Shown piece by piece: positions 1 to 13,255 of a stretch of 64,000 bases of DNA. The DNA comes from Octopus bimaculoides (taxonomy: Eukaryota): contig NC_068983.1 in assembly GCF_001194135.2 (NCBI RefSeq), forward strand, positions 21,711,804 to 21,775,803, in the 5' to 3' direction. Position numbers and translations under genes: made by a program. Below the pieces are notes generated by a model that did not search any database, had not been told where the DNA came from, and saw only the letters and a program-made list of their open reading frames with translations. Numbering within the stretch: the first letter of the stretch is position 1; every line of letters starts with the position of its first letter.

Positions 1-1496
1 AATAATAGTATTATATTGTGATGATTAAAGTGTATTCTGAAGCCAATTTGATGTATTTTACGCTACTGATCATAACTATAAGTTGGTACCTAATACTAGG
101 TTTAAATAAATAAATAAATAAATAGATTAGTTATCTAAACTTATTACATAAGTAATTAATTTATGTCTGCATTTAATATTACGTTGATCGTAGGAGCTTA
201 TCAACTTTTTATTAGCTAATAATATCTCTTTAAATTCGTTAGTACACAATAAGCAGAATTTATTCCCTATCATGTACGTTTACATAATAGGCAGAATTTA
301 TTCCCTATCCTATTGTTTACTATAATATTATAATATTTTTAGATTGTAACTCTTAATAATTATATTAATACCGTTAATGTAGGGATTAGTTTACAGATTT
401 TGTCTCTTTATATATATTTTTATTTCTGATGTTTATGTTTATTCCTTGAATGATTTTAGGTATTTTCTGAGTTGTAGAGTGGTGGTTCGTCTCTAAATTA
501 GTTATATATATATATATATATATNNNNNNNNNNNNNNNNNNNNNNNNNNNNNNNNNNNNNNNNNNNNNNNNNNNNNNNNNNNNNNNNNNNNNNNNNNNNN
601 NNNNNNNNNNNNNNNNNNNNNNNNNNNNNNNNNNNNNNNNNNNNNNNNNNNNNNNNNNNNNNNNNNNNNNNNNNNNNNNNNNNNNNNNNNNNNNNNNNNN
701 NNNNNNNNNNNNNNNNNNNNNNNNNNNNNNNNNNNNNNNNNNNNNNNNNNNNNNNNNNNNNNNNNNNNNNNNNNNNNNNNNNNNNNNNNNNNNNNNNNNN
801 NNNNNNNNNNNNNNNNNNNNNNNNNNNNNNNNNNNNNNNNNNNNNNNNNNNNNNNNNNNNNNNNNNNNNNNNNNNNNNNNNNNNNNNNNNNNNNNNNNNN
901 NNNNNNNNNNNNNNNNNNNNNNNNNNNNNNNNNNNNNNNNNNNNNNNNNNNNNNNNNNNNNNNNNNNNNNNNNNNNNNNNNNNNNNNNNNNNNNNNNNNN
1001 NNNNNNNNNNNNNNNNNNNNNNNNNNNNNNNNNNNNNNNNNNNNNNNNNNNNNNNNNNNNNNNNNNNNNNNNNNNNNNNNNNNNNNNNNNNNNNNNNNNN
1101 NNNNNNNNNNNNNNNNNNNNNNNNNNNNNNNNNNNNNNNNNNNNNNNNNNNNNNNNNNNNNNNNNNNNNNNNNNNNNNNNNNNNNNNNNNNNNNNNNNNN
1201 NNNNNNNNNNNNNNNNNNNNNNNNNNNNNNNNNNNNNNNNNNNNNNNNNNNNNNNNNNNNNNNNNNNNNNNNNNNNNNNNNNNNNNNNNNNNNNNNNNNN
1301 NNNNNNNNNNNNNNNNNNNNNNNNNNNNNNNNNNNNNNNNNNNNNNNNNNNNNNNNNNNNNNNNNNNNNNNNNNNNNNNNNNNNNNNNNNNNNNNNNNNN
1401 NNNNNNNNNNNNNNNNNNNNNNNNNNNNNNNNNNNNNNNNNNNNNNNNNNNNNNNNNNNNNNNNNNNNNNNNNNNNNNNNNNNNNNNNNNNNNNNN

Positions 1497-1541
<45 letters not shown>

Positions 1542-1749
1542 ATATATATATATATGTATATATGTGTGTGAGTGTGCACACGTGAGTGTGTGAGTGTGTG
1601 TGTGTGTGGGTACACGTGAGTGTGAGCGTGTGTGCACACGCGAGTGTGTGTGTGTGGGGGCACACGTGAGTGTGCGCGTGTGTGCACACGCGAATGTGTG
1701 TGTGTGTATGTATGTATGCATCTAGGTATTTATGTATGTATATATAAAG

Positions 1750-1912
1750 TGTAGCTAAGTGGCTAAGAAGCTTGCTTCCCAACAATATAGTTTCAATTTT
1801 AGTTCCAGTGCATGGCACCTTGAGCAAGTGTCTTTTACAAAAGCTCAAGGCTGACCAAAGTCTTAGGAGAGAATTTGCTAGGACAGAAACTGGAAAAAAT
1901 CTATTGTGTATA
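1750..1912 (+). mobile_element. SINE A, diverged 5' half
   Basis: agaagcttgcttcccaac...ggcaccttgagcaagtgtctt. Confidence 0.65.
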
Positions 1913-2605
1913 TATACATATGTATGTGTGTATGTGTGTGCTTATGTGTACCCTGGTCTTGACATTATTTAATGATTATAAAAAAAGCATTACTGTCATC
2001 CAAGTGAAGTTCATTTGAAGTCTTCCATAAAGAACATGCCTGACCAAATGTGAAAGATGGTCTGGCCAAAGGTGAAGGATGATGAGAGGAAGGGTATTAA
2101 CCCATGCAAGCATGGAAAAGTGAATGTTAAAATAATGATGACGGTGATAACGCTATGTGTGTAAGTGCATGTGTATGTCTGTAATCTATACACTCATACA
2201 CATATGCATTTATGTTCATATACATGTTATTCACATCATAATAAAAGCATTGAAGAAAGAGAGAACATGACTAAAAGCATCATTTTCTTCTCTCCTTCTG
2301 TGACTATTAATACTACCTAATGGAAGAACTTTTACTTAATCCCTCGACTCACTTAATACAGCAGCCACACCTTGAGCAAGACACTCATTAGCACCTTCAA
2401 CGCGAGAATGCCATAACACCATATCTTCAAAGCTAAATCTTAGAGGAGACATCATGGTGTTACCTACTTAATAATGGAAGGACAAGATTAGAAATACTGA
2501 GCATGCTTTGTTTATTTGTTCAACTCTACGTCTAAAGTCTTTGGAGAGTGGTTGTTCCATATGGTCATTCAATTTTGCTAGAAATAACAGCCAGTGAGAT
2601 TTTCT

Positions 2606-2820
2606 TTGACCCTTTATCACTTAGATTATTCTGTCAAGTGTAATAATCAAATTTAATTAATCATGCTTTATCTCATAGTTTTTAGATTTTAATGATGTGA
2701 CTGTATATCTTTAAAATGATATTGTTGGGTAGGTGAGAGAGGCCAGATCTGGCCAATTTGAACATCTAATGAGTAGAATACTTTGGTTAGATACAGCTGG
2801 TATAAATGCTAAAGGGTTAA
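2606..2820. mobile_element. Second copy of the TTAA-type MITE
   Basis: ttgaccctttatcacttag ... aaatgctaaagggttaa. Confidence 0.6.
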
Positions 2821-3004
2821 CCCACACATCGTAAAGACCCCTTTCAGTCATGAATAGCCATGAGATTGCACCTAGAAAGTTCCCCTCCAAGATATAAGTC
2901 CAGGGAAGGTTGTTTATGGAAGACCAGCAGTCACCCATGCATACCAGCCTCTCTTTTCCATGCCACCGATAATATTCAAGGGAAAGGCAAATGTCAAATG
3001 TGTG

Positions 3005-3590
3005 TGTGTGTGTATACCCGTCAGAGTGTAAGTATCTTGAGAGAAAAGCTGAACATTAGAAGCATCAGTTGTGGTGTGCAAGAGAGACGATTGCGCTGGT
3101 ATGGACATGTGGTGAGAATGGATGAGGATAGCTGCATGAAAAAGTGCCACACCCTAACAGTTGAGGGAACCCGTGGAAGAGGTAGGCCCAGGAAGACCTG
3201 GGCTGAGGTGGTGAGGCAAGACCTTCGTACATTGGGCCTCACCGAGGCGATGACTACGGACCGAGACCTTTGGAAATGGGCTGTGCGTGAGAAGACCCGG
3301 CAAGCCAAGTAAGATCGTTNNNNNNNNNNNNNNNNNNNNNNNNNNNNNNNNNNNNNNNNNNNNNNNNNACCATTTCGAGCGTGGCCATTTTCGTGCGGGT
3401 GACACGTAAAAACACCCACTACACTCTCTGAGTGGTTGGCGTTAGGAAGGGCATCCAGCTGTAGAAACTCTGCCAAATTAGACTGGAGCCTGGTGTTGCC
3501 ATCCGGTTTCACCAGTCCTCAGTCAAATCGTCCAACCCATGCTAGCATGGAAAGCGGACGTTAAACGATGATGATGATGATGATGATGAT

Positions 3591-3592
<2 letters not shown>
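3005..3592 (+). mobile_element. 5'-truncated RTE-clade LINE (ORF2 C-terminus, 3' UTR, (GAT)n tail)
   Basis: RLRWYGHVVRM...GRGRPRKTW...DRDLWK, stop at 3312; UTR motif GGAAGGGCATCCAG; (GAT)n tail. Confidence 0.88.
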
Positions 3593-3627
<35 letters not shown>

Positions 3628-3664
3628 GTATATATATACGCACGTATATATATATATGTATTCC

Positions 3665-4602
3665 ATGTAAAATATATGCATTAACCTTATTTTTTTGTTT
3701 ATGTACCATTCTACTAATATACATATATGTATATATATACACAATTTAATTAGAGGATATGTTAACCTTGTGAAGGGATGGTTGCATCCAAGGAAATACT
3801 GGTTCAATACCTGGTATTGTTGGGGAATGAAATTCCCTTAAAACAATAAGTATATATTAAGCATACAGTTTATATCCAGTTAAAAAAAAAAAACAGAAAA
3901 GAAAATGGAGATAAGGAAGTTAACAATTATTTATTATTAACAAATTGGTCATCTTTGCTTCTTACAGTCGTTTCAATTAATACTCAATAATTTAATTACA
4001 AGTTTGTACATTAAATTTACATTTATGTGACATGAGCATAATTTCATCAGAGAAAAAAAAAACATCATGATCTTGTCACATAAATGTAAATTTAATGTAC
4101 AAACTTGTAATTAAATTGCTGAGTATTAATTGAAATGGCTGTAAGAAGCGAAGACGACCAATTTCTTATTAATAAATAATTNNNNNNNNNNNNNNNNNNN
4201 NNNNNNNNNNNNNNNNNNNNNNNNNNNNNNNNNNNNNNNNNNNNNNNNNNNNNNNNNNNNNNNNNNNNNNNNNNNNNNNNNNNNNNNNNNNNNNNNNNNN
4301 NNNNNNNNNNNNNNNNNNNNNNNNNNNNNNNNNNNNNNNNNNNNNNNNNNNNNNNNNNNNNNNNNNNNNNNNNNNNNNNNNNNNNNNNNNNNNNNNNNNN
4401 NNNNNNNNNNNNNNNNNNNNNNNNNNNNNNNNNNNNNNNNNNNNNNNNNNNNNNNNNNNNNNNNNNNNNNNNNNNNNNNNNNNNNNNNNNNNNNNNNNNN
4501 NNNNNNNNNNNNNNNNNNNNNNNNNNNNNNNNNNNTATATATATATATATATTAGTAGAATGTTACATAAACACATGTAAGGTTAATGCATATATTTTAC
4601 AT
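3665..4602. repeat. Nested inverted repeats (fold-back element) spanning a gap
   Basis: Inner arms 3925-4032 / 4074-4181 (108 bp, about 92% match); outer arms 3665-3721 / 4548-4602. Confidence 0.8.
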
Positions 4603-5100
4603 AGCATACAAATGCATACATTAAGCTTACATGTCTCTCAGCCATTTTTCTTTCATACCTGCACAATGAGGATCATTCACTGAGGTGCCAGCGGCACCAG
4701 CCCAGGATGAAGGAATTGCATTTTAAGTTCTCATCCTATCTGAGCACTATTCTATGTTATCTTTACCATGCTTACTTTCCTTTTTCCCCACTACACACAT
4801 ACACAGATACTGTGTGTGTGTGCGTGCATGTGTTTGTGTGTGTGTGTAATACATATATAGATACAGAAGGACAGGGACAGATAGGGGACAAGAGATGCAG
4901 TGGAGATGGGTGTGAGAAACAGATGAGTGTTTGTTTAAATTGCTCAGATCAAGCTGACACATGACAGAAGGCAACCCTACCATTTCCATCTGTTTCAATA
5001 TTCAAAGAGTTGGACAATACAACTGGACATTTCGAACATTACACCTGGACATTTAAGATTGCATTCTGTAATAAGCTCTTCCATTTCTGTTGATCTAGAG

Positions 5101-5470
5101 CAGTGGTTCTCAACCAGGGTCCATATGGCCCTTAGGGGCCCATATGACTCTTGGGGGTTCATATGGTCTTTGGGGGTTCATATGGTCTTTGGGGGTTCAT
5201 ATGGCTCTTAGGGGTCCATCTGGCCCCAGGAGGTCCACACGATACTTGGGGGTCCACATAAGATTTTGTTGTTAAAGTCTATGTGCAATAAATTGGTTAT
5301 ACTTCTACAAAACACAAAATATTTTAACAATTTTTTTAATACAATTCCTAATTATATTTAATTATAAAAATATAATAGGAATTTTTTAAACACTGAATGA
5401 CTATGCGGGTCTATCTGAGTGAAACAGGGTTCAAAGGTATCCATAGGTTAAAAATGGTTGACAAACACTG
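5101..5470. mobile_element. hAT (Charlie-like) MITE with internal about 19-bp minisatellite
   Basis: TIRs CAGTGGTTCTCAACC / GGTTGACAAACACTG; 8-bp flanks ATCTAGAG / ATCAAAAG (6/8 match); tandem ggggttcatatggtctttg at about 5120-5260. Confidence 0.8.
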
Positions 5471-6129
5471 ATCAAAAGGTTTGTTTAGAACCAGGTTGAG
5501 TCCAATTGAACAGACCTATGATTGGTCAATACCATTCCAAGATTAACCACTCCATATTAAGACCATTCTAAGATTAACCACTCCACACTGGGCACCTGGA
5601 ACCAGGCTGTCCAACATGTCCTAGATTTTCTTCGCTTTTTTTTTCTTGCGACTATAGAATGTTATTTGGGAAATTTTGGTATCTATTTCGAATAGGTCAA
5701 ATGACTCTATAGAAGCTCTCTCATTGGCTCATCTGTCCTTCATTACTGTTTCTCCTTTTTAGTAACATTGTAAGATGTTACCTGAAGGAGATTTGGCTAT
5801 TATTCCTAGCAGATCTAGTAACTGCATACGGGCCTTTTTGTTAGCTCATTGGCTCCAAAGAGATTAAATATAGATAGGAAGTTGTGACAATCAGTATCTG
5901 CTGCAGTAGCTGTAGAAGGATCACAGAGACAAAAAAAATATGAGTTTGTAGTATGGCTCTGAATGTTTTACTGATAATGCTTTTCTACCAGATCTAAAGG
6001 AATATAGCACTTTCTATTATAATGGGTCCTTTAAGGAGTCTATAGAAGGTTTTGTGTGTGCGTGTGTGTGTGTATTAGAGAGAGTGTGTGTGTGTGTGTT
6101 CATATATATATATATATATATATCGAATG

Positions 6130-6390
6130 CATTGTTCACTATGCATGGGTAGAATGCATGTAGCACCATGGTGGTGCTATATAGAGAGCACACATACTAG
6201 CACCACGTAGAAAACACCATGTATGCCATATAAAGTGGTTAATGTTAGGAAGTGCATCCAACCATAGAGACCATGCAAAAAACAGATGGCTGGAGCCTCG
6301 TGCCACCCTCTGGGTTGCCAGCTCCTGCCAAACCATCCAACCCATGCCAGCATAGCAAATAGTTGTTAGTTAGATGATGATGATGATGAT
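6130..6390 (+). mobile_element. Diverged RTE 3' UTR fragment
   Basis: ggttaatgttaggaagtgcatcc...aacccatgccagcat followed by (GAT)n. Confidence 0.6.
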
Positions 6391-6416
6391 ACATATGTAC
6401 ATATATATATCTTATG

Positions 6417-6478
<62 letters not shown>

Positions 6479-6618
6479 TTATATATATATAAGGGCATTA
6501 CTATAGATGAATGCTTCACGCTAAGAGGAACTCTAAGGTCAAACTACCATAATAAACACATTTTTACCAAATGCGAGGAAATGCAACTCTCAAAGCTAGC
6601 TCCTTAGTCTGCCCCTTA

Positions 6619-6670
6619 GCCTTGTGAGTGGATTTGATAGACGGAAACTGAAAGAAGCCCGTCGTATATA

Positions 6671-6701
<31 letters not shown>

Positions 6702-6850
6702 GTGTATGTGTGTGTCTATATGTTTGTGTGTCTGTGTTTGTCCTCCCAACATCGCTTGACAACTGATGGTGGTGTGTTTACATCCCTGTAACTTAGCGGT
6801 TTGGCAAAAGTGCCTGATAGAATAAGTACTAAGCTTACAAAGAATAAGTG
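6619..6850 (+). mobile_element. SINE A, partial
   Basis: gccttgtgagtggatttg..gaaactgaaagaagccc..acaaagaataag. Confidence 0.8.
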
Positions 6851-7082
6851 TTTAAAAAATTCCTATTATATTTTTATAATCAAATATAATGTAGTGGAGG
6901 GGGGTAGATAGATATAAATATTATTTAAAACAGTTTGATTTGGCTCCATGTAACTGTTTTAAACAATAATACATGTAAGTCCTACTAAATGTATGAGTGC
7001 CTTTTTTCATATGTTCACTTATATGTATATGTATGTATGTGGATGTATCCATCTGCATATGATTACATATATATATATACGC

Positions 7083-7145
<63 letters not shown>

Positions 7146-7331
7146 TGTGTGTATATATATATGTATACACACATATATCATTCTGATACATATATGTAGA
7201 TGTTAGTAAGTAGAATCAGCACATGTAAACTAATAAGTCTGTGTCTATAAATACATCAATGCATCAGAATTACGCATGCATACATACATACATACATATG
7301 CATATATATATATAGAGAGAGATATAGGCAC

Positions 7332-7389
<58 letters not shown>

Positions 7390-7632
7390 NNNNNNNNNNN
7401 NNNNNNNNNNNNNNNNNNNNNNNNNNNNNNNNNNNNNNNNNNNNNNNNNNNNNNNNNNNNNNNNNNNNNNNNNNNNNNNNNNNNNNNNNNNNNNNNNNNN
7501 NNNNNNNNNNNNNNNNNNNNNNNNNNNNNNNNNNNNNNNNNNNNNNNNNNNNNNNNNNNNNNNNNNNNNNNNNNNNNNNNNNNNNNNNNNNNNNNNNNNN
7601 NNNNNNNNNNNNNATATATATATATATATATA

Positions 7633-7697
7633 CTTTATTTAAAAGCAGCAGAAATATAACAAAAAAAACGTTATATTTCTGCTGCTTTTAAATAAAG
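7633..7697. repeat. Perfect 28-bp inverted repeat with 9-nt loop
   Basis: ctttatttaaaagcagcagaaatataac / gttatatttctgctgcttttaaataaag. Confidence 0.95.
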
Positions 7698-7940
7698 CAT
7701 ATTACTCTACCTCTGGTATTTGAGTACTCTTTTTTCCACCTTGTTGCACATTTCATGTGCTTACTCCGGTATATATATATATATATATAGATAGATAGAT
7801 AGATACATAGATACATACATACATATACATGTATATATACATACATATATCCATATATACATATACATTTATTTACATATATATACACAGAGAGAGACAC
7901 ACACACACATATATACATAAATATATGTATATACTTACAT

Positions 7941-7982
<42 letters not shown>

Positions 7983-8176
7983 AGTTGTTCTTTTCCTTAT
8001 CTTTGCACTGTTAGATGATGCATGCCACTGTCTTCTGTCTTTGAGTAACAAAAACTTGCAGTGAAAAGACTGACACAGCAATACACTCAGGTGTTACATT
8101 TGGAACTGGTATCTTGTTCTAACAGAGATGTGTACTATAAAATATTGGTTTTGGCATCAGCTGCTTGGCATTTGTC

Positions 8177-8196
8177 TCATTTATTTTCAGAACGCA
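8177..8196 (-). CDS. KIF6: Candidate KIF6 terminal exon giving ...LLQ-MRSENK*
   Basis: Acceptor caattttatttccAG with TTGAC upstream. The phase fits the 17885 donor (A|TG) and gives a short tail like vertebrate KIF6. Alternative acceptors (e.g. 14136) cannot be excluded. Confidence 0.4.
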
Positions 8197-8700
8197 CTGG
8201 AAATAAAATTGATAGTTTGTCAATGAAAATATTTTAAAAGAACAGCAAAAGGTGGTAAAATATACATATACATATATATATATATAAGAAACTATATATA
8301 TATATAATGAACAACAACCTCCTCTACAAATGTAACACAAGCCTTTTGTAGTTTTTTCTCTCTTATTATCTTTTATATATATATATATAANNNNNNNNNN
8401 NNNNNNNNNNNNNNNNNNNNNNNNNNNNNNNNNNNNNNNNNNNNNNNNNNNNNNNNNNNNNNNNNNNNNNNNNNNNNNNNNNNNNNNNNNNNNNNNNNNN
8501 NNNNNNNNNNNNNNNNNNNNNNNNNNNNNNNNNNNNNNNNNNNNNNNNNNNNNNNNNNNNNNNNNNNNNNNNNNNNNNNNNNNNNNNNNNNNNNNNNNNN
8601 NNNNNNNNNNNNNNNNNNNNNNNNNNNNNNNNNNNNNNNNNNNNNNNNNNNNNNNNNNNNNNNNNNNNNNNNNNNNNNNNNNNNNNNNNNNNNNNNNNNN

Positions 8701-9141
8701 GTGCGGGTGACACATGAGGTTTTTCGAGCAAGATCGTTGCCAGTGCCCCTGGACTGGCTCTTGTGCTGGTGACACATGAAATTTCTTCGAGCGAGATCGT
8801 TGCCGGTGCCCCTGAACTGGCTCTTGTGTGGGGTTGTTGTAGGATTTTCGAGTGAGATCGTTGCTGGTGCCCCTGGACTGGCTCTTGTGCGGGTGACACA
8901 TGACGTTTCTCGAGCGAGATGAGCGTTGCCGTAGCCAGTACCGCCTGACTGGCCTTCGTGCGAGTGACACGTAAAAGCACCCACTACACTCTCTGAGTGG
9001 TTGGCATTAGGAAGGGCATCCAGCTGTAGAAACACTGCCAAATCAGATTGGAGCCTGGTGTAGCCATCTGGTTTCACCAGTCCTCAGTCAAATCGTCCAA
9101 CCCATGCTAGCATGGAAAGCGGACGTTAAACGACGACGATG
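8701..9141 (+). mobile_element. RTE 3' UTR copy with about 65-bp tandem array
   Basis: Repeated unit cgagatcgttgc(c/t)(a/g)gtgcccct(g)gactggctcttgtgcgggtgacacatg, then the common UTR and (GAC/GAT)n tail. Confidence 0.8.
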
Positions 9142-9503
9142 ATATATATATGTATATATAAGAAACTGTATATATATATATAAGAAACTATATATGCATA
9201 TATATATATATATATATATAAGAAACTATAACGAAGTATATAAAATGTTTAAAAACAAGGAAAAGAAAGAAAGAGAAAAGAAACTGAAAGAAAAATGAAA
9301 ATGACAAATGGAGATAGCTGCAAATTAAAAAGACTATATACAGACATGTAGATATATGTACACATGTATACACACACATTTATACATGCATACTTGTACA
9401 TTTGATGATAGTCATATATATATGTGTGTGTGTATATATGTATGTATTAATCACATTCACATACATAGAAATACACAAATTACACAGACATGTAGAAGAA
9501 GTT

Positions 9504-9542
<39 letters not shown>

Positions 9543-11689
9543 ACACATATATGTATATATGTATGCATGCATGTATGTACAGAGAGAGACAGTGAGAAAG
9601 AAAGAAAGAAAGAAAGGAAGGAAGGAAGAAAGAAAGACAGGAAGCTGTATGCTTATATATATGTATATATATATTTTTGATTCAACATGACAAGCTGATG
9701 AACAGTGATCAGTTTATAAAGCATTGTGTGAGAGACATTTGCATAGCTTCTTCAATTATCACAATCCACATAGTAAAGTGTGCGGAAAATACAAAAAAAA
9801 AAAAGAATTAACAAAAAAAAAACAATGTAACAAAAAAAAAAAGAACAGCAGTGGATGGCTAATATAGGAAAAGTGGATTTTAGTTGCCACTTTAATAGAC
9901 TCACACAAGCAAAAAGAGATGGCATAGCAATGGATAGTGGGCAGTAAATGTACCAACAAAACAATATAATTCACTCTGTATNNNNNNNNNNNNNNNNNNN
10001 NNNNNNNNNNNNNNNNNNNNNNNNNNNNNNNNNNNNNNNNNNNNNNNNNNNNNNNNNNNNNNNNNNNNNNNNNNNNNNNNNNNNNNNNNNNNNNNNNNNN
10101 NNNNNNNNNNNNNNNNNNNNNNNNNNNNNNNNNNNNNNNNNNNNNNNNNNNNNNNNNNNNNNNNNNNNNNNNNNNNNNNNNNNNNNNNNNNNNNNNNNNN
10201 NNNNNNNNNNNNNNNNNNNNNNNNNNNNNNNNNNNNNNNNNNNNNNNNNNNNNNNNNNNNNNNNNNNNNNNNNNNNNNNNNNNNNNNNNNNNNNNNNNNN
10301 NNNNNNNNNNNNNNNNNNNNNNNNNNNNNNNNNNNNNNNNNNNNNNNNNNNNNNNNNNNNNNNNNNNNNNNNNNNNNNNNNNNNNNNNNNNNNNNNNNNN
10401 NNNNNNNNNNNNNNNNNNNNNNNNNNNNNNNNNNNNNNNNNNNNNNNNNNNNNNNNNNNNNNNNNNNNNNNNNNNNNNNNNNNNNNNNNNNNNNNNNNNN
10501 NNNNNNNNNNNNNNNNNNNNNNNNNNNNNNNNNNNNNNNNNNNNNNNNNNNNNNNNNNNNNNNNNNNNNNNNNNNNNNNNNNNNNNNNNNNNNNNNNNNN
10601 NNNNNNNNNNNNNNNNNNNNNNNNNNNNNNNNNNNNNNNNNNNNNNNNNNNNNNNNNNNNNNNNNNNNNNNNNNNNNNNNNNNNNNNNNNNNNNNNNNNN
10701 NNNNNNNNNNNNNNNNNNNNNNNNNNNNNNNNNNNNNNNNNNNNNNNNNNNNNNNNNNNNNNNNNNNATATATATATATATATACACTTTATTTGTGTAT
10801 TAAGACTTCCATCGGTTTCATGTTAAGGAATCCAAAATGAAGACAAACACTGATGTTCCACATGATAGGCATGATAATTGTTGAGGCATTCCATAGCATG
10901 AAACTAATGGCAACCTTAACCCATAAAGAAAGAATTTTTATCCACCAATGTGATGTTGAGCACACATTCACATTATTCGATATTTGCATACATACACTCA
11001 TACACACATACATACATGCACCCATGCACACACACACACATATGTCTCTTCTAATTTTTAATTATTATACATCTTCCACTGAAGAGGGAGATGGTTTCCA
11101 GCAAAGATACAAGGCACCATCTTTGGGATGTAATTAACACAGATTCACATTTGGAACTTGAGAAAAGTCTTGCATATTTTTACTGTTCCACTCACAGATT
11201 GCACTTATTATGTATGAATTAGCCGGTTGATTTCTCTTTCTGAAAATACCAGTTTATCCAGATTCTCCTTTACGTATTTACTAACAAAACCTAGTGCTCC
11301 AATTATATATATGTATGTATGTATATGTGTGTGCATGTGTGTTTGTTTGTGCATGAGTGTGTATATGCATATGTGTGTCAGTGTATGCGTGTTTATGTTT
11401 CCTCCTCGCATTGACTGTCGCACTAACAGTGTCATTCATTTCCAGTAGTCTGTGGAAACATGTCTGGTCATAGAGAAATGTTATCTTGCTTGGAAATGGG
11501 TGATAGTTGGAAACAGGAAAAGTGGCTGGCCACAGAAAATCTCATCCAACACAAGTGAGCATAGAAAAGTGGATGTTAAAATGATGATGATGATATGCCT
11601 GTATTGGAAATCAATAAGTATCATCAAGCAAGGAACACATAATTTGTGATTATGAACATGTTTCAAAGCCACATAAACTACCAGTAATA

Positions 11690-11950
11690 TATTGGTGTTA
11701 ACTTTTTCAATGAACAAGATTATGGCAGCATTCACCAACTTAAACAAGGAGACCATCCAGAAGAGTTGCAAAAGATTCTGAAGTCATCTGGAGGCCATGG
11801 TTGAAGCCAATGGCAATTCTATTGAATAAATTTACTCTTTAGTATTTCAAGATGTTTTTATGTAATTTTGGTAAATATATCTACTAAAATGAGATGTCAA
11901 TGTTATTTTCATTTTTGTGTAATCTAGACGACAATTTATTCACCGCACTC
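11690..11950 (+). mobile_element. Tc1/mariner-superfamily transposase 3' remnant with terminal repeat
   Basis: KIMAAFTNLNKETIQKSCKRF*SHLEAMVEANGNSIE*; ends in a TIR-like gacaatttattcaccgcac. Confidence 0.6.
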
Positions 11951-12520
11951 CACTATCTCTCTCAGATGCCTATTCAGTCCCACTGCAAATGGTTTGAAGC
12001 ATAGGTTACTGATGAATGCTGTATCATCCACTGGATTGATTGGATCACTTTGTGAGATATCATCACTGTGAACTGCTATATGTCTCTTCAGAATCAAAAC
12101 CAACTTGTAAGTCCCTTTCACATACTACACAAGTCGAATCACCGATTTTAGGAGGAAGGGTATCACATACAGATGATCTTTCATGGAACATCAGATGGTT
12201 GGGTATACCCAGCCTTGGAAAAGAGCACATGCCAACATGTTTCACACACCAACACTTTATGTTCTCATTGAGGTTCTGATGAGAGACTCCCCCCACCCCA
12301 AAGCCAACACTTTAGGCTGTCATGCTTCTTGCAATCCTCTTCAAAATTTTTACAGAGCCTCCTATATGCACTCTCTCCACTCAACTCTTTTCAAATGTAG
12401 TTCTTCCCAGTTTTTTACACTGATCTGCAGTTCCTTCAGGTTGCTTTTTGAATAGAACTTTTGACTACTCTGGTACCTGAGGTTTCCTGCTGATAGAGAT
12501 CAGCATTTTTTCAACCAGAA
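11935..12520 (-). mobile_element. Degenerate RTE-type LINE 3' fragment with C-terminal Zn-finger-like motif
   Basis: NLKELQISVKNWEELHLKRVEWRECI; CVVCER..(frameshift)..LKRHIAVH. Confidence 0.55.
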
Positions 12521-12939
12521 TTTATAATACAAATGACACTCAACCATTAAGGTTTAAGCAAATATCATTTACCATAGTCTTGAATCAACCCACGCCTCTT
12601 CAGTGAAATTAAGTACACAGAAAGAGTAAAAGCTCATTGAATTGATTGTACCTGTAATTCTAATGTATTTTGAATTCTAGTTGAAAAAGTGCTAACCTAT
12701 GTCAGTATGAAACCTCAGGTAACAGAGTAGCCTTCACACATTATGTCATGTTGATTTTCTGTGATAGTTATGTTATGAGTTATATATATATATATATATA
12801 TATCTGTGGAATATTCAGCCACTTACACAGTAATTAAATGAGTCGGTGGTAAAGTTAATGGAGCAATCAGAATTCTCATTATTGAAACCGGCAGATATTA
12901 ATTTATTTTAAGGATCTTGGGAAGTATTAAATTTCCAAC

Positions 12940-13001
12940 AATCATGATGATGATGATGATGATGATGAAGGCAGCAACACTGGTGGTGGTGGTGGCAATG
13001 A

Positions 13002-13041
<40 letters not shown>

Positions 13042-13255
13042 GAAGATGATGATAGCAGCAGCATTGATAGTGTTGACAACAGCAGTAATGGCAGTGATGA
13101 TTACGATATTTCTGACGGGAAGCAGCACTGGTGATGGTGGTGGTGGTGGTGTTGGTGGTGGCAGTGGCAATGATGATGATGATGATGATGATAGCAGTGA
13201 CGGCAGCAATGGTAGTGGTGGTGGTGTTGGTGGTGTTGGTGGTGGTGGTGTTGGA
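12940..13255. repeat. Compound (GAT)/(GGT)/(GCA) trinucleotide microsatellite
   Basis: Direct reading; explains the overlapping low-complexity ORFs. Confidence 0.95.

Noticed and set aside
1-500. AT-rich block as a possible mitochondrial insertion; 19-bp direct repeat at 253-271 and 291-309
   Set aside because: No recognisable mitochondrial peptide or RNA in the frames tried; the repeat is only a two-copy local duplication.
386-1848. Long ORFs such as 386..1687 and all other X-rich or HT/YI/CV-repeat ORFs
   Set aside because: They are translations of N gaps and (TA)n/(CA)n microsatellites.
4659-4720. Minus-strand CAG|GTATGA donor with a GC-rich patch and GGTGCC/GGCACC hairpin
   Set aside because: No acceptor giving a sensible open exon and no homology recognised.
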